A stretch of 64,000 nucleotides of DNA, taken from the NCBI RefSeq assembly GCF_006345805.1, contig NC_042999.1, positions 152,954,001 to 153,018,000 of the forward strand. The letters are read 5' to 3'. This document shows, piece by piece, positions 27,930-41,220 of the stretch. The first letter of the stretch is position 1, and the number at the start of each line of letters is the position of its first letter. This stretch comes from Octopus sinensis (Eukaryota). Both the position numbers and the translations under genes were made by a program. Below the pieces are notes generated by a model, which was not told the DNA's origin, searched no databases, and saw only the letters and a program-made list of their open reading frames with translations.

Positions 27930-28606
27930 GCTACTACTGCCGCAATTATTGTTATTGTTACTGTCGCTGCTACTGCTGCTGCTGCTGCTGCTTCTTCCAC
28001 ATTTATCTGCTTATTTATTGCATGGTCTAATTAGATTCGGCACGATAAACAATGTTTTATCCGAATTGGTGCCGGAGTAGAAGACACACAAAACATAATG
28101 CTCAGCGTTATTATCGAAAATTAACAGAGAAAATGCAATCATAGCCGGACAGATACATAACGTTGACTACAAAGGCAAAAACATTCTGAATGTGTATTTG
28201 TGAGCGGTTGGTTGTTGGCGGGTGAGGAAAGCTTCCACTCTACACGGCAGTAACTAGGACTGCATGCGGTGGGTTGTGGGTGGTATAGTGAAAGAGTGTT
28301 AGCGGAAGAGTGGTGGTGGTGGTGGTGGTGGTGGGGTGAGGTGATGCATGTGTTGTTTATGGTGTGGGGCGGTGGGGTGGGTGGTGTGAAGAGGGTGGGT
28401 GTGGGTGGCGTGAAAGGGGTGCGAGGGTGACAGTTGCTTATGTTCCATTATCGGCGTCCATCTTGACAGCCAGTGATGACGTTTGTGACATTAATTGCAG
28501 TATACTGCCGCCTCCTCTCTTACCCAGCGTTCCATGACCAGCCAAAAATAAAAATAAAATGAATCAATAAATTATAATAATAATAATAATAATATTAGCA
28601 ATAATG

Positions 28607-28658
<52 letters not shown>

Positions 28659-28842
28659 TAATAATAATAATGATGATGATGATGATAATAATAATAATAA
28701 TAATAAATAATCATCACTACTTCTACTACTACTACTACTACTACTACTACAACTACTACTGCTGCTGTTGCTACTACTACTACTACCACTATTGTTCATG
28801 CTGTTGCTGTTAATAATATCATTATTATTGTTGTTATTATTA

Positions 28843-28900
<58 letters not shown>

Positions 28901-29292
28901 CATCATCATAGTGGTGGTTGTGGTACTAGTAGTAGTAGTAGGAGGAGGAGGAAGAAGAAGAGGAGGAGGAGAAGAAGAAGAAGAAGAAGAAGAAGAAGAA
29001 GAGGTGGAGGAGGAAGAGGAGGAAGATGTAGAGGAGGAAGAGGTAGAGGAGGAAGTGGAAGAGGAGAAGAGGGTGGATGGGGAGGAGGAACAGTAGAACA
29101 ACAACAACTAGAACAACTAAAACTGCTGCATCCGATAATGCTGATGATGTTACTATTGCTGATGATGAAGAACGGTAGTGATTGTGATAGTGATGATGAT
29201 GATTACGATGATTAGAAGGATGATAATGGTGATGATGGTGGTTCTACAGCCGCTGCCGTCACTTCTGTTGCTACAGCTGCTGCTGCTGCAGC

Positions 29293-29323
<31 letters not shown>

Positions 29324-29500
29324 AATGATGATGATGATGAAAATGATTATCACGGTTATTCTAATGCTGCTGGCGCTGCAGTTACTGATGTTGATAGTGG
29401 TAATGGTAATGGTGATGTTGATGCGGATAATTATGGTGATGATAATGATGATAATGATGATGATGATGACGACAACGGCAATGCTGCTGCTTTACTGTTA
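26660..29500. repeat. ~2.8-kb mosaic of trinucleotide repeats (TTA, TTG, CTA, CCA, AAT, GAG, GAT)
   Basis: Direct inspection; interrupted by non-repetitive sequence at about 28000-28570. Confidence 0.9.
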
Positions 29501-29560
29501 CCGCTGTTGTCGAATTAAACTATGAATTCATTGAAATTTTCTTCAAACGAAAAAAGAAAT

Positions 29561-29891
29561 ACAAGAGCCCTCAAATTGCGCAAGCCTCTGCCAAGGAAAT
29601 ACCAATGTCCTCTCAACGATTAACCACAGATAAATTTTAAAATGAGAATATCTAAAATAAACTCGAATGCTCTCACAAACAAGAATACTAAAAATGAACT
29701 TGAACGCTCTCAAAAATTAAGTAAAATACCAGAAAAATAATCTAATCAGTTCATGCCAGTCACGAGGCCAATCATTCCTGAAAGTTTCATCCGAATCCAT
29801 CCAGTGGTTCTAGAGATATCTTGTCCACGACAGACAACAAACAAACAAACGCTACTGAAAACAATACCTCTGCCTTCGCTAAGACGGAGGT
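29561..29891 (-). mobile_element. Helentron-associated non-autonomous element (HINE-like), copy 1
   Basis: Terminal palindrome ACCTCCG..GGCAGAGGT, subterminal GGCRGAGG and 3' stem-loop; homologous to the next two copies. Confidence 0.7.
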
Positions 29892-29958
29892 AGCAACAAC
29901 AACAACAATAATAATAATAATAATAATAATAACAACAATAACAATAATAATAATGACA

Positions 29959-30309
29959 ACAAGAGCCCTCAGAGAGCACAAACCTCCGCCAAGGCAACAC
30001 CAACGTCCTCTCAACGATTAGACAGAGATAATTTCTTTAAATGAGAATATCTGAAATAAACTCGACTGCTCTCACAAATAAGACTAAAAATGAACCTGAC
30101 CGCTCTCAAAAATTAAGTAAAAAACCGGAAAAATAATCTAGAATCCTTGTCTGACACGGGATCGATCCCAAAATCTAATCAGTTCGTGCCAGTCACGAGT
30201 CCAATCATCCGAATCCATTCAGTGGTTCTAGAGATATCTTCTTCACGACAGACAACAAACAAGCAAACGCTACTAAAAACAATACCTCCGCCTTCGCTAA
30301 AATGGAGGT
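29959..30309 (-). mobile_element. HINE-like element, copy 2
   Basis: ACAAGAGCCCTCAGAGAGCACAAACCTCCGCCAAGG ... ACCTCCGCCTTCGCTAAAATGGAGGT, flanked by (AAT)n. Confidence 0.75.
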
Positions 30310-30337
30310 AATAATAATAATAATAATAATAATAATG

Positions 30338-30377
<40 letters not shown>

Positions 30378-30482
30378 TAACAACAATAATAATAATAATA
30401 ACAACAATAATAACAATAACAACAACAATAATAATAATAATAATAATATATTATTATTATTATTATGAAAGATCATATTATT

Positions 30483-30742
30483 ATGAAAGGATGTGTTTAT
30501 TAATTGACATGAGTATTCCCTGTGATCACAATATAGCGGCGATAGAATTTGACAAAATTAGTACATATAAAGACCTGCTTATACAAATTGAAAAAATGTG
30601 GCATCTCAAGGCGACTACAGTACCAGTGATTGTAGGATCTCTAGGAATGATAAAAAAAAGGTACTGAAACCTATTTGAAAATGATTCCAGGCTTACCATC
30701 CCTACAGGAAGTGCAAAAATTCGTATTAACTGGAGTACTATC
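30483..30742 (+). mobile_element. R4/Dong restriction-like endonuclease (RLE) fragment
   Basis: CLLIDMSIPCDHNI...KISTYKDLLIQIEKMWHLKATTVPVIVGSLGMIKK, then after a frameshift PGLPSLQEVQK. Confidence 0.8.
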
Positions 30743-30918
30743 GCTGTGAAATTAACAACCATCCATTAATTTATTTATTTACTAATTATTAAATACATAT
30801 TTTATCTGTGAATTTGCGCGTGTAATCTGGGAATGCATACGATGCCCTTCTCTGCCCTAGGTGTATGGAAAACACTCGGCGAGAAACGGAAGAAAATTTG
30901 AAGAAAGAAGGAAAAAAC

Positions 30919-30957
<39 letters not shown>

Positions 30958-30980
30958 TAATAATAATAATAATAATGACA

Positions 30981-31320
30981 ACAAGAGCACTCAGAGAGCG
31001 CAAACCTCCGCCAAGGCAACACCAATGCCCTCTCAACGATTAACCAGAGATGCTTTTTAAAGTGGGACTATCTGAAATAAACTCGACTGCTCTCACAAAC
31101 AAGAATACTAAAAATGAACTCGACCACTCTCATGAATTAAAAAAATAACAGGAAAAATTATCCAGAATCCTTGTTCGCTACTGGATCGATCCCAAAATCT
31201 AATCAGTTCGTGCCAGTCACGAGACCAAAACATCTTTCAAAGTTCATCCGAATCCATCCTGCGGTTCTTGAGATATCTTGTCAAACAGAGGAGCAAACAA
31301 ACACGACTTAAAACAACATA
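30981..31320 (-). mobile_element. HINE-like element, copy 3, truncated by a SINE A fragment
   Basis: ACAAGAGCACTCAGAGAGCGCAAACCTCCGCCAAGG start; palindromic end missing. Confidence 0.75.
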
Positions 31321-31326
31321 TGTATG

Positions 31327-31456
31327 TATACGACGGGCTTCTTTCAGTTTCCGTCTACCAAATCCACTCACAAGGCTTTGGTCGGCCTAAGGCTTATAGT
31401 AGAAGACACTTGCCCAAGGTGCCACGCTGTGGGATTGAACCCGGAACCATGTGGTT
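31327..31456 (-). mobile_element. SINE A 5' half fragment
   Basis: B-box, CORE-like segment and GAAAGAAGCCCGTCGTATA. Confidence 0.85.
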
Positions 31457-31573
31457 ATGCTTTTTTATGTTTTATTTATTTTTAAGAAGTACAAGACGTT
31501 GTTGTCGTTTTATCAGTTGTTTTGCTCCATCGCCCCACCCACATGGCGATGGTGTTGACGGCGACGTCGACCA

Positions 31574-31604
<31 letters not shown>

Positions 31605-31648
31605 GAGGGCGATGATGGTGATGATGATGATGATGGCGGCGGTGGTGG

Positions 31649-31679
<31 letters not shown>

Positions 31680-32243
31680 GGTGGTGGTGATGGTGGTGGT
31701 TTTATGTGATAATGATGATGATGGGGATGATGATGATGATGGTGGAGGTGAGGGGAGGAGAAACATGACGATGATTACTGTGATGGTGATGACTAGGCTT
31801 GGAGGAGGAAGAGTAGGAAGGGTATTGGTATGAGGTCAGTGATGAAAGAGTGTGAAGCGAACCAAGACCTCACAGTTGAAGGAAGTTGAGAAGCGGGGAG
31901 ATCAAAAGTTTATACCTGCCCCCCCTCCATCCCACCCCAAGCATTGTCATGTATTGCCGTATTATGCAATTCCCTCTTTGGGAAAAGTCACATGTGATGG
32001 GTTTAAGGCAAACATGACCGGCTGGTTAAAATTCTCACTTTGTAAACACGTGGCACCCGGTTCGATTTCAAGCCTCGGCACATTCGGCAAGTTTCTCTAC
32101 TATAGCCTTCAGTTAAATAATTAATACTTTAAATGGAATTTGATACACGTAAGCTATATGGATGCTCTTCGTGTTTACCTACACATACACAGACGCATAC
32201 ACACACATATACATACGCACATATATACATATTTTCATAAGTA

Positions 32244-32630
32244 CAGTAGGACATCGCAGTACGAGTACCCCATTGTACGAGTAATTTGCTGTACGAGCCG
32301 AGACTCATGCGAATTTTTGTCCCGAAGTACGAGCGGAAACTCGTAGTACGAGCACACAAATCGTCCCATCTTTAAGATAATTCAGTTAATAAAACCAGTT
32401 TACATATTTCTTTTGCGTTCTCTTTTTTATAATTGTTATTGTACTTGTAACTACACCTTTTCTGTTTTAAAGCCTATAAAAAACATTATTTTTGAGTGGT
32501 TTTGGGGTGCTGGAACGGATTAATTATATTTTAGCTAATTTCAATGGGGAAAACTGATTTGTAAAACGAGTAATTCGTATGATGAACTCGATCATGGAAC
32601 AAATGAAACTCGTACTGCGAGGCATCACTC
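32244..32630. mobile_element. pogo/Tigger-like MITE
   Basis: TA|CAGTAGGACATCGCAGTACGAGT ... ACTCGTACTGCGAGGCATCACTC|TA; five subterminal GTACGAG motifs. Confidence 0.75.
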
Positions 32631-33040
32631 TACCAAAAGACACACATTCATGAATGCAAAAGAAACAGAGAAACTCTTGAAGCCGAAAAACACAATGGAA
32701 AATGTCGATTATTTCACGTTTCTGCGTAAGATATAACTCGTGATAAGCAGTTGGACCCACAATTATCATTAGTGGTACTATTAGGTGGTTTCACATGAAT
32801 TGTTATTTCAGTCATTTAAAAACTCAATTATGTCTACCTTGCATTTAATTCTAACTCTTTTTCTTTCCAAACAATATTGGTATACAAAATTCGTACCCAC
32901 AGACCTTATGAAAATGATAACAACCAAACTATGTCGAGTGAGTGATTTTCTCGTATGAACAAAATCCGATAACAAAGGCTCGAAAACTTTCATCAGAACT
33001 CCAAAAATTCTCGCACAACTGTTTTTGGACACCTGTAAAA

Positions 33041-33230
33041 AATTGGAAAAGTCAAGAAAACGGATAGGTTTGTTTCACATCAACTGAACGAGATTAAAAA
33101 AAAAATAGACGCCTTGCTCGACTGGAGAAAGACCATTTTTTATATCAGATCATTACTTGTGATGAGAAATGGATACTTTTTGACAACAGCAGGAGAAAAG
33201 TACGGTGATTAGATGCAGGAGAGTCACCTC
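33041..33230 (+). mobile_element. Mariner transposase fragment containing the first catalytic Asp
   Basis: IGKVKKTDRFVSHQL ... QIITCDEKWILFDNSRRK. Confidence 0.8.
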
Positions 33231-33512
33231 CCAGGCACAAGTCCGGGCAAGGTTTTTTATGGAAGACCAGCAGTCGCCCATGCATACCGGCCTCCCCTCT
33301 CCACGCCACCAGTATTTTCCAAAGGAAAGGCAAAGGCCGATGCAGCTTGGCATCTGTGACGTAGCAACTCATTTCTACAGCTGAGTGAACTGGAACAACG
33401 TGAAATAAAGTGTCTTGCTCAAGAACACAACACACAGCCCGATCCGGGTTTCGAACTCACAACCTCACGATCGTAAGCTCGACGCTCTAACCACTGAGCC
33501 ATGCACCGTCAC
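33230..33512 (-). mobile_element. SINE family D, CORE-SINE-like
   Basis: tRNA head TGGCTCAGTGGTTAGAGCG...GAGTTCGAAACCC, then CTTGAGCAAGACACTTTATTTCAC...CAGCTGTAGAAATGAG resembling the CORE domain. Confidence 0.85.
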
Positions 33513-33624
33513 CACACTAAAAATATGCTAAGCATAAATAGACAGCTAGATAGATATAGATAGCATAACTGACTGTACAAATAGATACAGAGAGGGAGAG
33601 AAACAGAGAATATGAGAGAGAGAG

Positions 33625-33628
33625 AGAC

Positions 33629-33722
<94 letters not shown>

Positions 33723-33723
33723 T

Positions 33724-33800
<77 letters not shown>

Positions 33801-33866
33801 GTAGATAGATAGATAGACAGACAGACAGATAGATAGATAGACAGATAGATAGATAGATAGATAGAT
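33625..33866. repeat. (GATA)n microsatellite
   Basis: Direct inspection. Confidence 0.95.
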
Positions 33867-34699
33867 AAAAGCGTAACCATTCACATTACAGCAGGATTTG
33901 TACCTTAGGGAGGTGATTCTTTCAAGTCTAGTTATAAACCAAATTTAAATGTTTATACTGAATACATTTTATAAATAAATAAATAATGAATTACAAACCT
34001 TTGTATGCCATGTTTTCTGTTTGACTAAAATTACACAAACAAGGAAAGAAACTACCAATAATAAATTCGAAGCTCAAAAGAAAATCAAGGAAAAATCGAA
34101 ATCTTAAAATGAGATTTATGAGGAAGATTCTGGTGGAAGCCGTTGTAATTATTATAGGCTTGGTTACACCACGTCTATAATTATTATAGGCATGGCTACT
34201 CATTATGAAAGGAATGTATATGTTAGTAAATCACAAAAACCTAACAAATGTCAAATTTGCTGAGCTAAAGTGTGAATATGTGAATCATGTAATCACTTAC
34301 CGACTAACATTATAGGAAGTAGAGTTTTTTTGGTTATCAGGGAAAATTGTGCGAGATTTATTGAGGTGAACAACCAATTTATACGCATAAATTATCGTTT
34401 ACAGATAATTTATATACAAAGAATATTGGTAAAACGTTTGAATTAACAAATAAATTAAACCTTTGCATAATAAAGCAAGTGTTATTTTCTCAGGATTGAC
34501 GCAAACTTCGCTGTGTGATTAAGAAGTCCACTTGGTTCTAAGTCAATCTTAAGAATTATATCTCGTTATAATTTATAATAAGCTTATAATAAAATATAAT
34601 GAAATGTAATAAGGCAAGTGAGGTGGAATAAGCAACAGAGATGCTTTGCCCCACGCAGAAACCGTAGTAGCTACGCAGAGGTTTGCAAGCTCTTCTATA

Positions 34700-34980
34700 T
34701 CCATTGCAGTGCACTAAACGCTTCCGTATTGTCAGTAGGCACCACAAGGTCACAAGCATTTCACCCTGTATGCTTCACCTAACGATGGGTTCCACTTGTG
34801 GTCTCTTATCAGTTATAGCCATCTGGAGCTAATTTCAGCTGCCGTACATGTTTCCTTGATGGATTTCTTTAGTTGTCTGGGTTCCGGACCCACCTTCTAC
34901 ACGAGACAGCACACCGAAGTAGATGGAAAGCTGTGGTAGCCGACTTCATTAGGGAATGAGGTCGTATCTGAGACCTTCAC
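34700..34980 (+). repeat. Old unclassified interspersed repeat, related to 46815-47100
   Basis: Shared GTATTG-CAGTAGG, GGTCACAAGC, GGGTTCC-GACC and GCCGACTTCA...GAATGAG blocks in the same order. Confidence 0.5.
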
Positions 34981-35070
34981 AATAATAACTTATAAGTTAA
35001 GAATTGTGTGAAAAAATACAAACACCATTCCTCTCCACATAGCTGTATTAGATGAACAGGAAACAGACTT

Positions 35071-35264
35071 AGGAGTGGGGCTGTGTGGTAAGTAGCTTGC
35101 TTACCAACCACATGGTTCCGGGTTCAGTCCCACTGCGTGGCACTTTGGGCAAGTGTCTTCTCCTATAGCCTCGGGCCGACGAAAGCCTTGTGAGTGGATT
35201 TCGTAGACGGAAACTGAAAGAGGCCCGTCGTATATATGTACTCACACACACACACACAGACACA

Positions 35265-35339
<75 letters not shown>

Positions 35340-35498
35340 CGCAACTTAGCGGTTTAGCAAAAGAGACCGATAGAATAAGTACTAGGTTTACAAAGAATAA
35401 GTCCTGGGGTCGATTTGCTCAATCGGCTGAAGGCGGTGCCCCAGCATGGCCGCAGTCAAATGACTGAAACAAATGAAAGAGTAAAAGTGAGTAAAGAG
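35071..35498 (+). mobile_element. SINE A with internal (CA)n; start of 3' half deleted
   Basis: (CA)n joins directly to GCAACTTAGCGG. Confidence 0.9.
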
Positions 35499-35849
35499 AC
35501 ATGGTTGTTTTAGTTACGAACGACTTGGTTCACGGTTCAAATTCACTGTTGTGCACCTTTCGTCAGGTATCATCATTCATATTCTTGCGTGAATTGGAAG
35601 TTGGTGTGTGAAACATAGGAAACGGAAATTGCGCAGAATCTCATTGTCTTCCTGCCCTTCTTTTCAGTTTGTGTCCAAGCTTAACACTGTACAAGTGTAT
35701 ATCGAAGTCATCTATGTTGCAAGTATTAGGAACTCTTCTATTGGTTCCTCTGTTGACTAGATTAGTGGAATTATCATAATAAATCTTCACTGAATTGGCC
35801 TTCGGTTTCTTGCCTGCATCAACTAGATTGAGGCAATCGTTACTAATTT

Positions 35850-36281
35850 TTTTCTCGTACTTGTTTCAGTTATTTGACTGCGGCCATGCTGGAGCACTGC
35901 ATTTTAGTTGAGCAGATCGACCCCAGGACCTATTCTTTGTAAGCCTAAGTACTTATTCTATCGGTCTCTTTTTGCCGAACTGCTACGTTACGAGGACGAA
36001 AACACACCACTATCGTTTGTCAAGCGATGTTGGAGGGACAAGCACAGACACCAAACATATACACACACATACATATATATATATTTATATATATATATAT
36101 ACATATATACATATATACGACGGGCTTCTTTCAGTTTCCGTCAACCAAATCCACTCACAAGGCTTTGGTCGGCCCGAAGTTATAGCAGAAGACACTTGCC
36201 CGAGGTGCCACGCAGTGGGACTGAACCCGGGACTATGTGGTTCGTAAGCAAGCTACTTACCACACAGCCAGTCAGGCTCCT
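35850..36281 (-). mobile_element. SINE A
   Basis: Complete head-to-tail match. Confidence 0.9.
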
Positions 36282-36754
36282 AATGATGATGTTCGTGTGC
36301 ATTTATAGGGAACTTTTGAGTTTTATCGGTTAAACATTTTAGAGGAGCTGTATCTTGCAAACAAATATTTCCGAATCAGATTTAGAAAGCTCTTGACAAT
36401 AATGGATTTCACGTTGAATATATATAAAAAAAGGTAATGGTTTTAAAGGATTAATGATTATAAAGGATTTGGATTTGCTCCATAGTAGAATCAGAATGTG
36501 CAAAAGGATCGTCAAGAAGCGGTACTTAAACAATAGTCCAGTCTTAGACATACAAAGAAACGGTAGGAACTCCGCTCTTGTGATTAAGGTTTCTGTTGAT
36601 TCTCGTGTGCTGCCATAGAAACGTTTTCAAATGATAAGAGACTATTGAACTTAAGCTAAACAAGATCTGAAAGGCAATAAATGTGTGGACACCATACGGT
36701 ATGCAAGTCTAAATATAAAATTATATACGCATACGCAAATATATATATATATAT

Positions 36755-36960
36755 AACGGGAAGCTTTATGAAAATAGACAAAAGACGAAGGCAGGTGGAA
36801 AACAAACAAACAATTGTATTAGAATGGCGCTCAGGAAATATAAATAAAACAAGTCTTTAACGTTTCGAGCCTACGCTCTTCAACAGAAAGATACACAGAG
36901 AGAAAAAAAACACAGAAAGAAGGAGAGAAAAAAAATGCGTGCAGTAACTAACGAATCAAC
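36755..36960 (-). mobile_element. PLE-type terminus with hammerhead-like motif (36859-36886)
   Basis: TCTTT-CTGTTGA-A-GAGC-GTAG-GCTC-GAAACGTT-AAAGA; ends at (TA)n. Confidence 0.6.
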
Positions 36961-36993
36961 ATGGCGATCAACATGGCGATAGAATATATATAT

Positions 36994-37239
36994 GTGGAGG
37001 CGCAATGGCCCAGTGGTTAGGGCAAGGGACTCACGGTCGGAGGATCGCGGTTTCGATTCCCAGACCGAGCGTTGTGTGTGTTTATTGAGCGAAAACACCT
37101 AAAGTCCCACGAGGCTCCGGCAGGGGGTGGTGGCGACCCCTGCTGTACTCCTTGGCCGCAACTTTCTCTCATTCTTTCTTCTGTTGGCCTGCTCGCTTAG
37201 CCAGCGGGGTGGCGTCATTTGAAGGCTAAAACAATGCGA
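36994..37239 (+). mobile_element. SINE B, tail type 1, 3' truncated
   Basis: Head and body match; ends at ACAATGCGA. Confidence 0.9.
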
Positions 37240-38459
37240 TACTTGTGTGTATGTGTGCATGTATGTGTGAGAGCGAGCATGTATGTATGTCTGTATGTAT
37301 ACTGGTACATTTGTAACATCTGTGAGATTTGCGTTTGTGTGCGTCAGTACACACATACACAATCACACACATAGACATTCATGGATGCATGCAAGTATGG
37401 TTATTGCTCATATTTTGACAGATGAGTGCTGTCGCCAAGTGCTTCTTTGTTGCTATGGCGTTCCGTCCATGACGTTTCAGATAGCCATTCATTTCTGCTG
37501 CAGACATATATGGTTTGCTGCATGGGTGACGCACAAAAATCGTAACTTACTGCGCGTTTCCAACTGATTGGCTCTACACACGTGACCACATTTTCCTTCG
37601 TCATAGGACTTTCAGTAGATGGAATGACAAATGAATCCACCATAAAGGGACATTTCTACATTGTTGATTGTAGTGTTAAACCCTTGTCCTACACGAATAC
37701 CAATCTTTGAATCTCCGTGATTAGTACCTAGACAAAGGCCAAAAAGAAATGACCAGTCATCACGTAAAACAGCAGGTTTTACATCAGGATGTCCCCTACC
37801 AGAAAGATTCTGTGACAACAGCTAGAGGTCCCTCACTACCGATAATTTTACTGCGCGCCCTAATACCAACGCGAAGTTTATAGAGATGCAGTGATATATT
37901 GCCTTCAACTTTACTCCTTTTTAGATCAATACCTTAAATTAAAATTACATGCCACGCATGTAATTTTTATATTTGGCCAAAATTTATTTATTTCTTCTGG
38001 CTAGCAATGCTGACGAAAGAATTGCACGTCCTACCTTTTGTTCTTCGAAGCAACACTTTCACTTTTAGGAGGTTTCATTTTATTTAACAAAATATTTCTG
38101 CATGTTATAGCGGTTCTTATTGTTGTTAACGGCTTTATTCAAATTCTTCAAATTAACATTCGCAACTGTAGAAATATCATTATACCTTGCATGGACAATA
38201 CTTAAGTTTTGCTGCAAAATGAAATCTGTTCTCTTAAATATTTACTTTTTTCCGTTCCCTGCATCTGCTTTGAATGAGAGTAAAAAATGAAACAACAACG
38301 ATAGAATGTCCTCGAAGCGAGTCGAAAACACATTCCCTCACGGCAATATTCAATAACGATGATGATGATGATAATGATGATGAGGAGGAGGAGGATGAAG
38401 AGGATGAGGTGGAAGAGGATGATGACGATGAGGAGGAGGATGATGACGATGATGATTAC

Positions 38460-38528
<69 letters not shown>

Positions 38529-38556
38529 CACATTATCATTATCATCATCATCATTG

Positions 38557-38593
<37 letters not shown>

Positions 38594-38601
38594 TATTATT
38601 A

Positions 38602-38656
<55 letters not shown>

Positions 38657-38709
38657 CACATTATCATTATCATCATCATCATTGTTATATTATTATTATT
38701 ATTATTATT

Positions 38710-39210
38710 GAGTGAGAGAGCAGTGCATGCCATCAAAGTGACACTGGGGTAAAATATACGAAGCCCAGTATACCCATCATGACTACCCGTCTGATAAGGG
38801 TACACCAGGCACATGCATCACAACATATGTGCGCGGCATGATGATCTCATATCAAAATAAACAGCACATGACCTTGCAGGTGGGGCCCAGTTAGAATTTT
38901 CTTCAGGTTGAGTAGCCCATCCTGCTCAAAAGGTCCCTGAATAAGGGTTGTTTAAGGATGTTGAAAGAACCACCCATGTTTCCAGAGGTGAATTATTCAA
39001 ACCCTAAAGAATCCCTCTCAACACATGGCTATGATGCTCCCCCACTACTTCTGCTCAACTGGTTATGGTGAAACAACTGACAAGCAAATCTGTGGTATTG
39101 AGCAGAATATTTGCTGTAGCCCATCTTTTATACCAAGACAAAACAATGTACATGATAACACTTCCAATCAGTTAAGATCAGAAGCCATGAGAGCCACTGC
39201 CTGGTACTGC
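38710..39210. mobile_element. Unclassified ~500-bp element between (ATT)n tracts
   Basis: Complex, higher-GC sequence with sharp boundaries, flanked on both sides by the same interrupted ATT array; no recognisable ORF. Confidence 0.5.
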
Positions 39211-39233
39211 TATTATTATTATTATTATTATTA

Positions 39234-39273
<40 letters not shown>

Positions 39274-39298
39274 CACATTATCATCATCATCATCATCA

Positions 39299-39342
<44 letters not shown>

Positions 39343-39346
39343 GTAA

Positions 39347-39440
<94 letters not shown>

Positions 39441-39441
<1 letters not shown>

Positions 39442-40020
39442 ACCTCTTTATCACAGGCTTTGTTGGAACTCCTGAAGTCTTGCATGCATAGCGGGCTTGC
39501 TAACAGCAGCCTACGGTACCATGCTATCCGTTCTTTTCAGCTAATACTTTCCTGATTATTTTGGCCATGCCAAAGAGGCAAAACTTTTGTAACAGTTCTA
39601 CTGGGCACTCTATTTCAATTTCCTTTATATTCCTCTTGATGACTTCTGATACTGTTCCAAAGGACCTAACAATAATTGGCACTATCTTCACCTTCATTTT
39701 GTGTAGCCGGTCTATTTCGTACTTCAGAGGGTTGTATCTATCTATCTATCTTTTCGCCTTACTTCTTAACTATTCGTGGGTCAAAAAGACATGCAACACC
39801 AACAGTACAGCATGTGTGGTGCACCTTGTCTACCACCACTAGGCCCGGTCTATTATGCTCCAGCATCTGATCTGTTTGGATTGGGAAATCTCAAAGGATT
39901 TTGCTAGTCTCCGACTCAGCCACTCTCTGCGGTTTGTGCTCATACCACGTCTTGCCTCTCTCTAGCCTCCACTTTTCGCACTGTTTCCAATGTAGCAATT
40001 TCGCTACCTGGTCGTGTCTA
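39441..40020 (-). mobile_element. R4/Dong 3' end (RLE C-terminus + 3' UTR), 5'-truncated, flanked by (TAA)n on both sides
   Basis: KYEIDRLHKMKVKIVPIIVRSFGTV...LLQKFCLFGMAKIIRKVL; UTR runs into (TAA)n. Confidence 0.8.
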
Positions 40021-40079
<59 letters not shown>

Positions 40080-40547
40080 GGTTCTCACTTCTGAAAAAGT
40101 AAGTTATTCTCAGCGACATTTCGCGTTCACTGAAATTGTAATCTTATTTGCTTTAATGTCATTAATTATAATCTCATTAGATCTTCATCTCATGAAATGT
40201 AATCTTCAGAGAGATTTGAAAACATATATACATGTATGTATGTATGTATGTATGTATGTATGTATGTATGTATGTATGTATGTATGTATGTGTATGTATT
40301 GTGTGTGAGAGAGAGAGAGAGGGGGAGTGAGAGAGAGAGTGGTGTGGGTACAATTTTTTTTTCTTTCCTAAGCTTGAAGGATTTTAAGAAGGTAAGAAAA
40401 TTAATGAAGAAATAAGGAAGAGATATAGGTCGAAATGAGGAATTAATGGGATTACATATAGTTTGTATATATATATGTATTAGTTAAACTGATTCTCTCT
40501 ATAGCGCTTTCATTCCCCTATCTCTCTCATATGTATATATATGTATG

Positions 40548-40592
<45 letters not shown>

Positions 40593-40668
40593 TATATATG
40601 TATGTATATATATATGTATGTATATATATATGTATGTATATAATATATATATGTATGTATATATATAT

Positions 40669-40705
<37 letters not shown>

Positions 40706-40708
40706 ATA

Positions 40709-40743
<35 letters not shown>

Positions 40744-40821
40744 ATATACTATATACGCGTGAATGTATTTATAAACATAAGTAAATATACGCATACACAC
40801 ACACACTTACAAACATATATG

Positions 40822-41110
40822 TATGAAGGAGCGTAGAGATGAAAGGGAAAATGTCTGTATTACTGTGGAATCGAATATTGCGTATTATATTTTGACTTAC
40901 TTGCTTTACGTCACATATAAGAAGACCCGTCGTAGCATCGAGCATCATTAACAGCCCCGAACAAATCTGTACTGGACCTTCAGTGTCTGTTTATTGACAG
41001 TAACTTCCCAGACTGCCCATGCCCAACGAGGACACTGCGTACAATAGGATATGAAATATGAAGAACTATTTCGGTCATGCTTTTGATTTCATGTTTGAAC
41101 GGTCGCCAAA
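40822..41110 (-). mobile_element. Possible degraded mariner remnant
   Basis: ISYPIVRSVL and VQICSGLL resemble mariner N-terminal motifs; TIR-like TATGAAGGAGCG. Confidence 0.3.
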
Positions 41111-41220
41111 TATCCCTCTGATTCGCTGTTTTATAACACGTAATCATTGTTAAGTTGTTCGTATAAAGATGTCCACGGTAAAACTGTGTTGTTTGAATGC
41201 TGTCAATTTATAATTGATTG

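Noticed and set aside
17324-31320. CRISPR-like or other regularly spaced repeat-spacer array
   Set aside because: Repeats are long tandem duplications or transposon copies, not short constant repeats with unique spacers.
38008-38052. CTGACGA-AAGAA...TTCTT-CGAAG as a hammerhead
   Set aside because: No GAAA, no stem III with an NUH triplet, and no stem I.
39170-39210. HDV-like ribozyme at the end of the 500-bp element (GGCAGTG could pair with CACTGCT)
   Set aside because: The partner lies ~480 nt away at the other terminus, and P1.1, P3/L3 and J4/2 are not evident.
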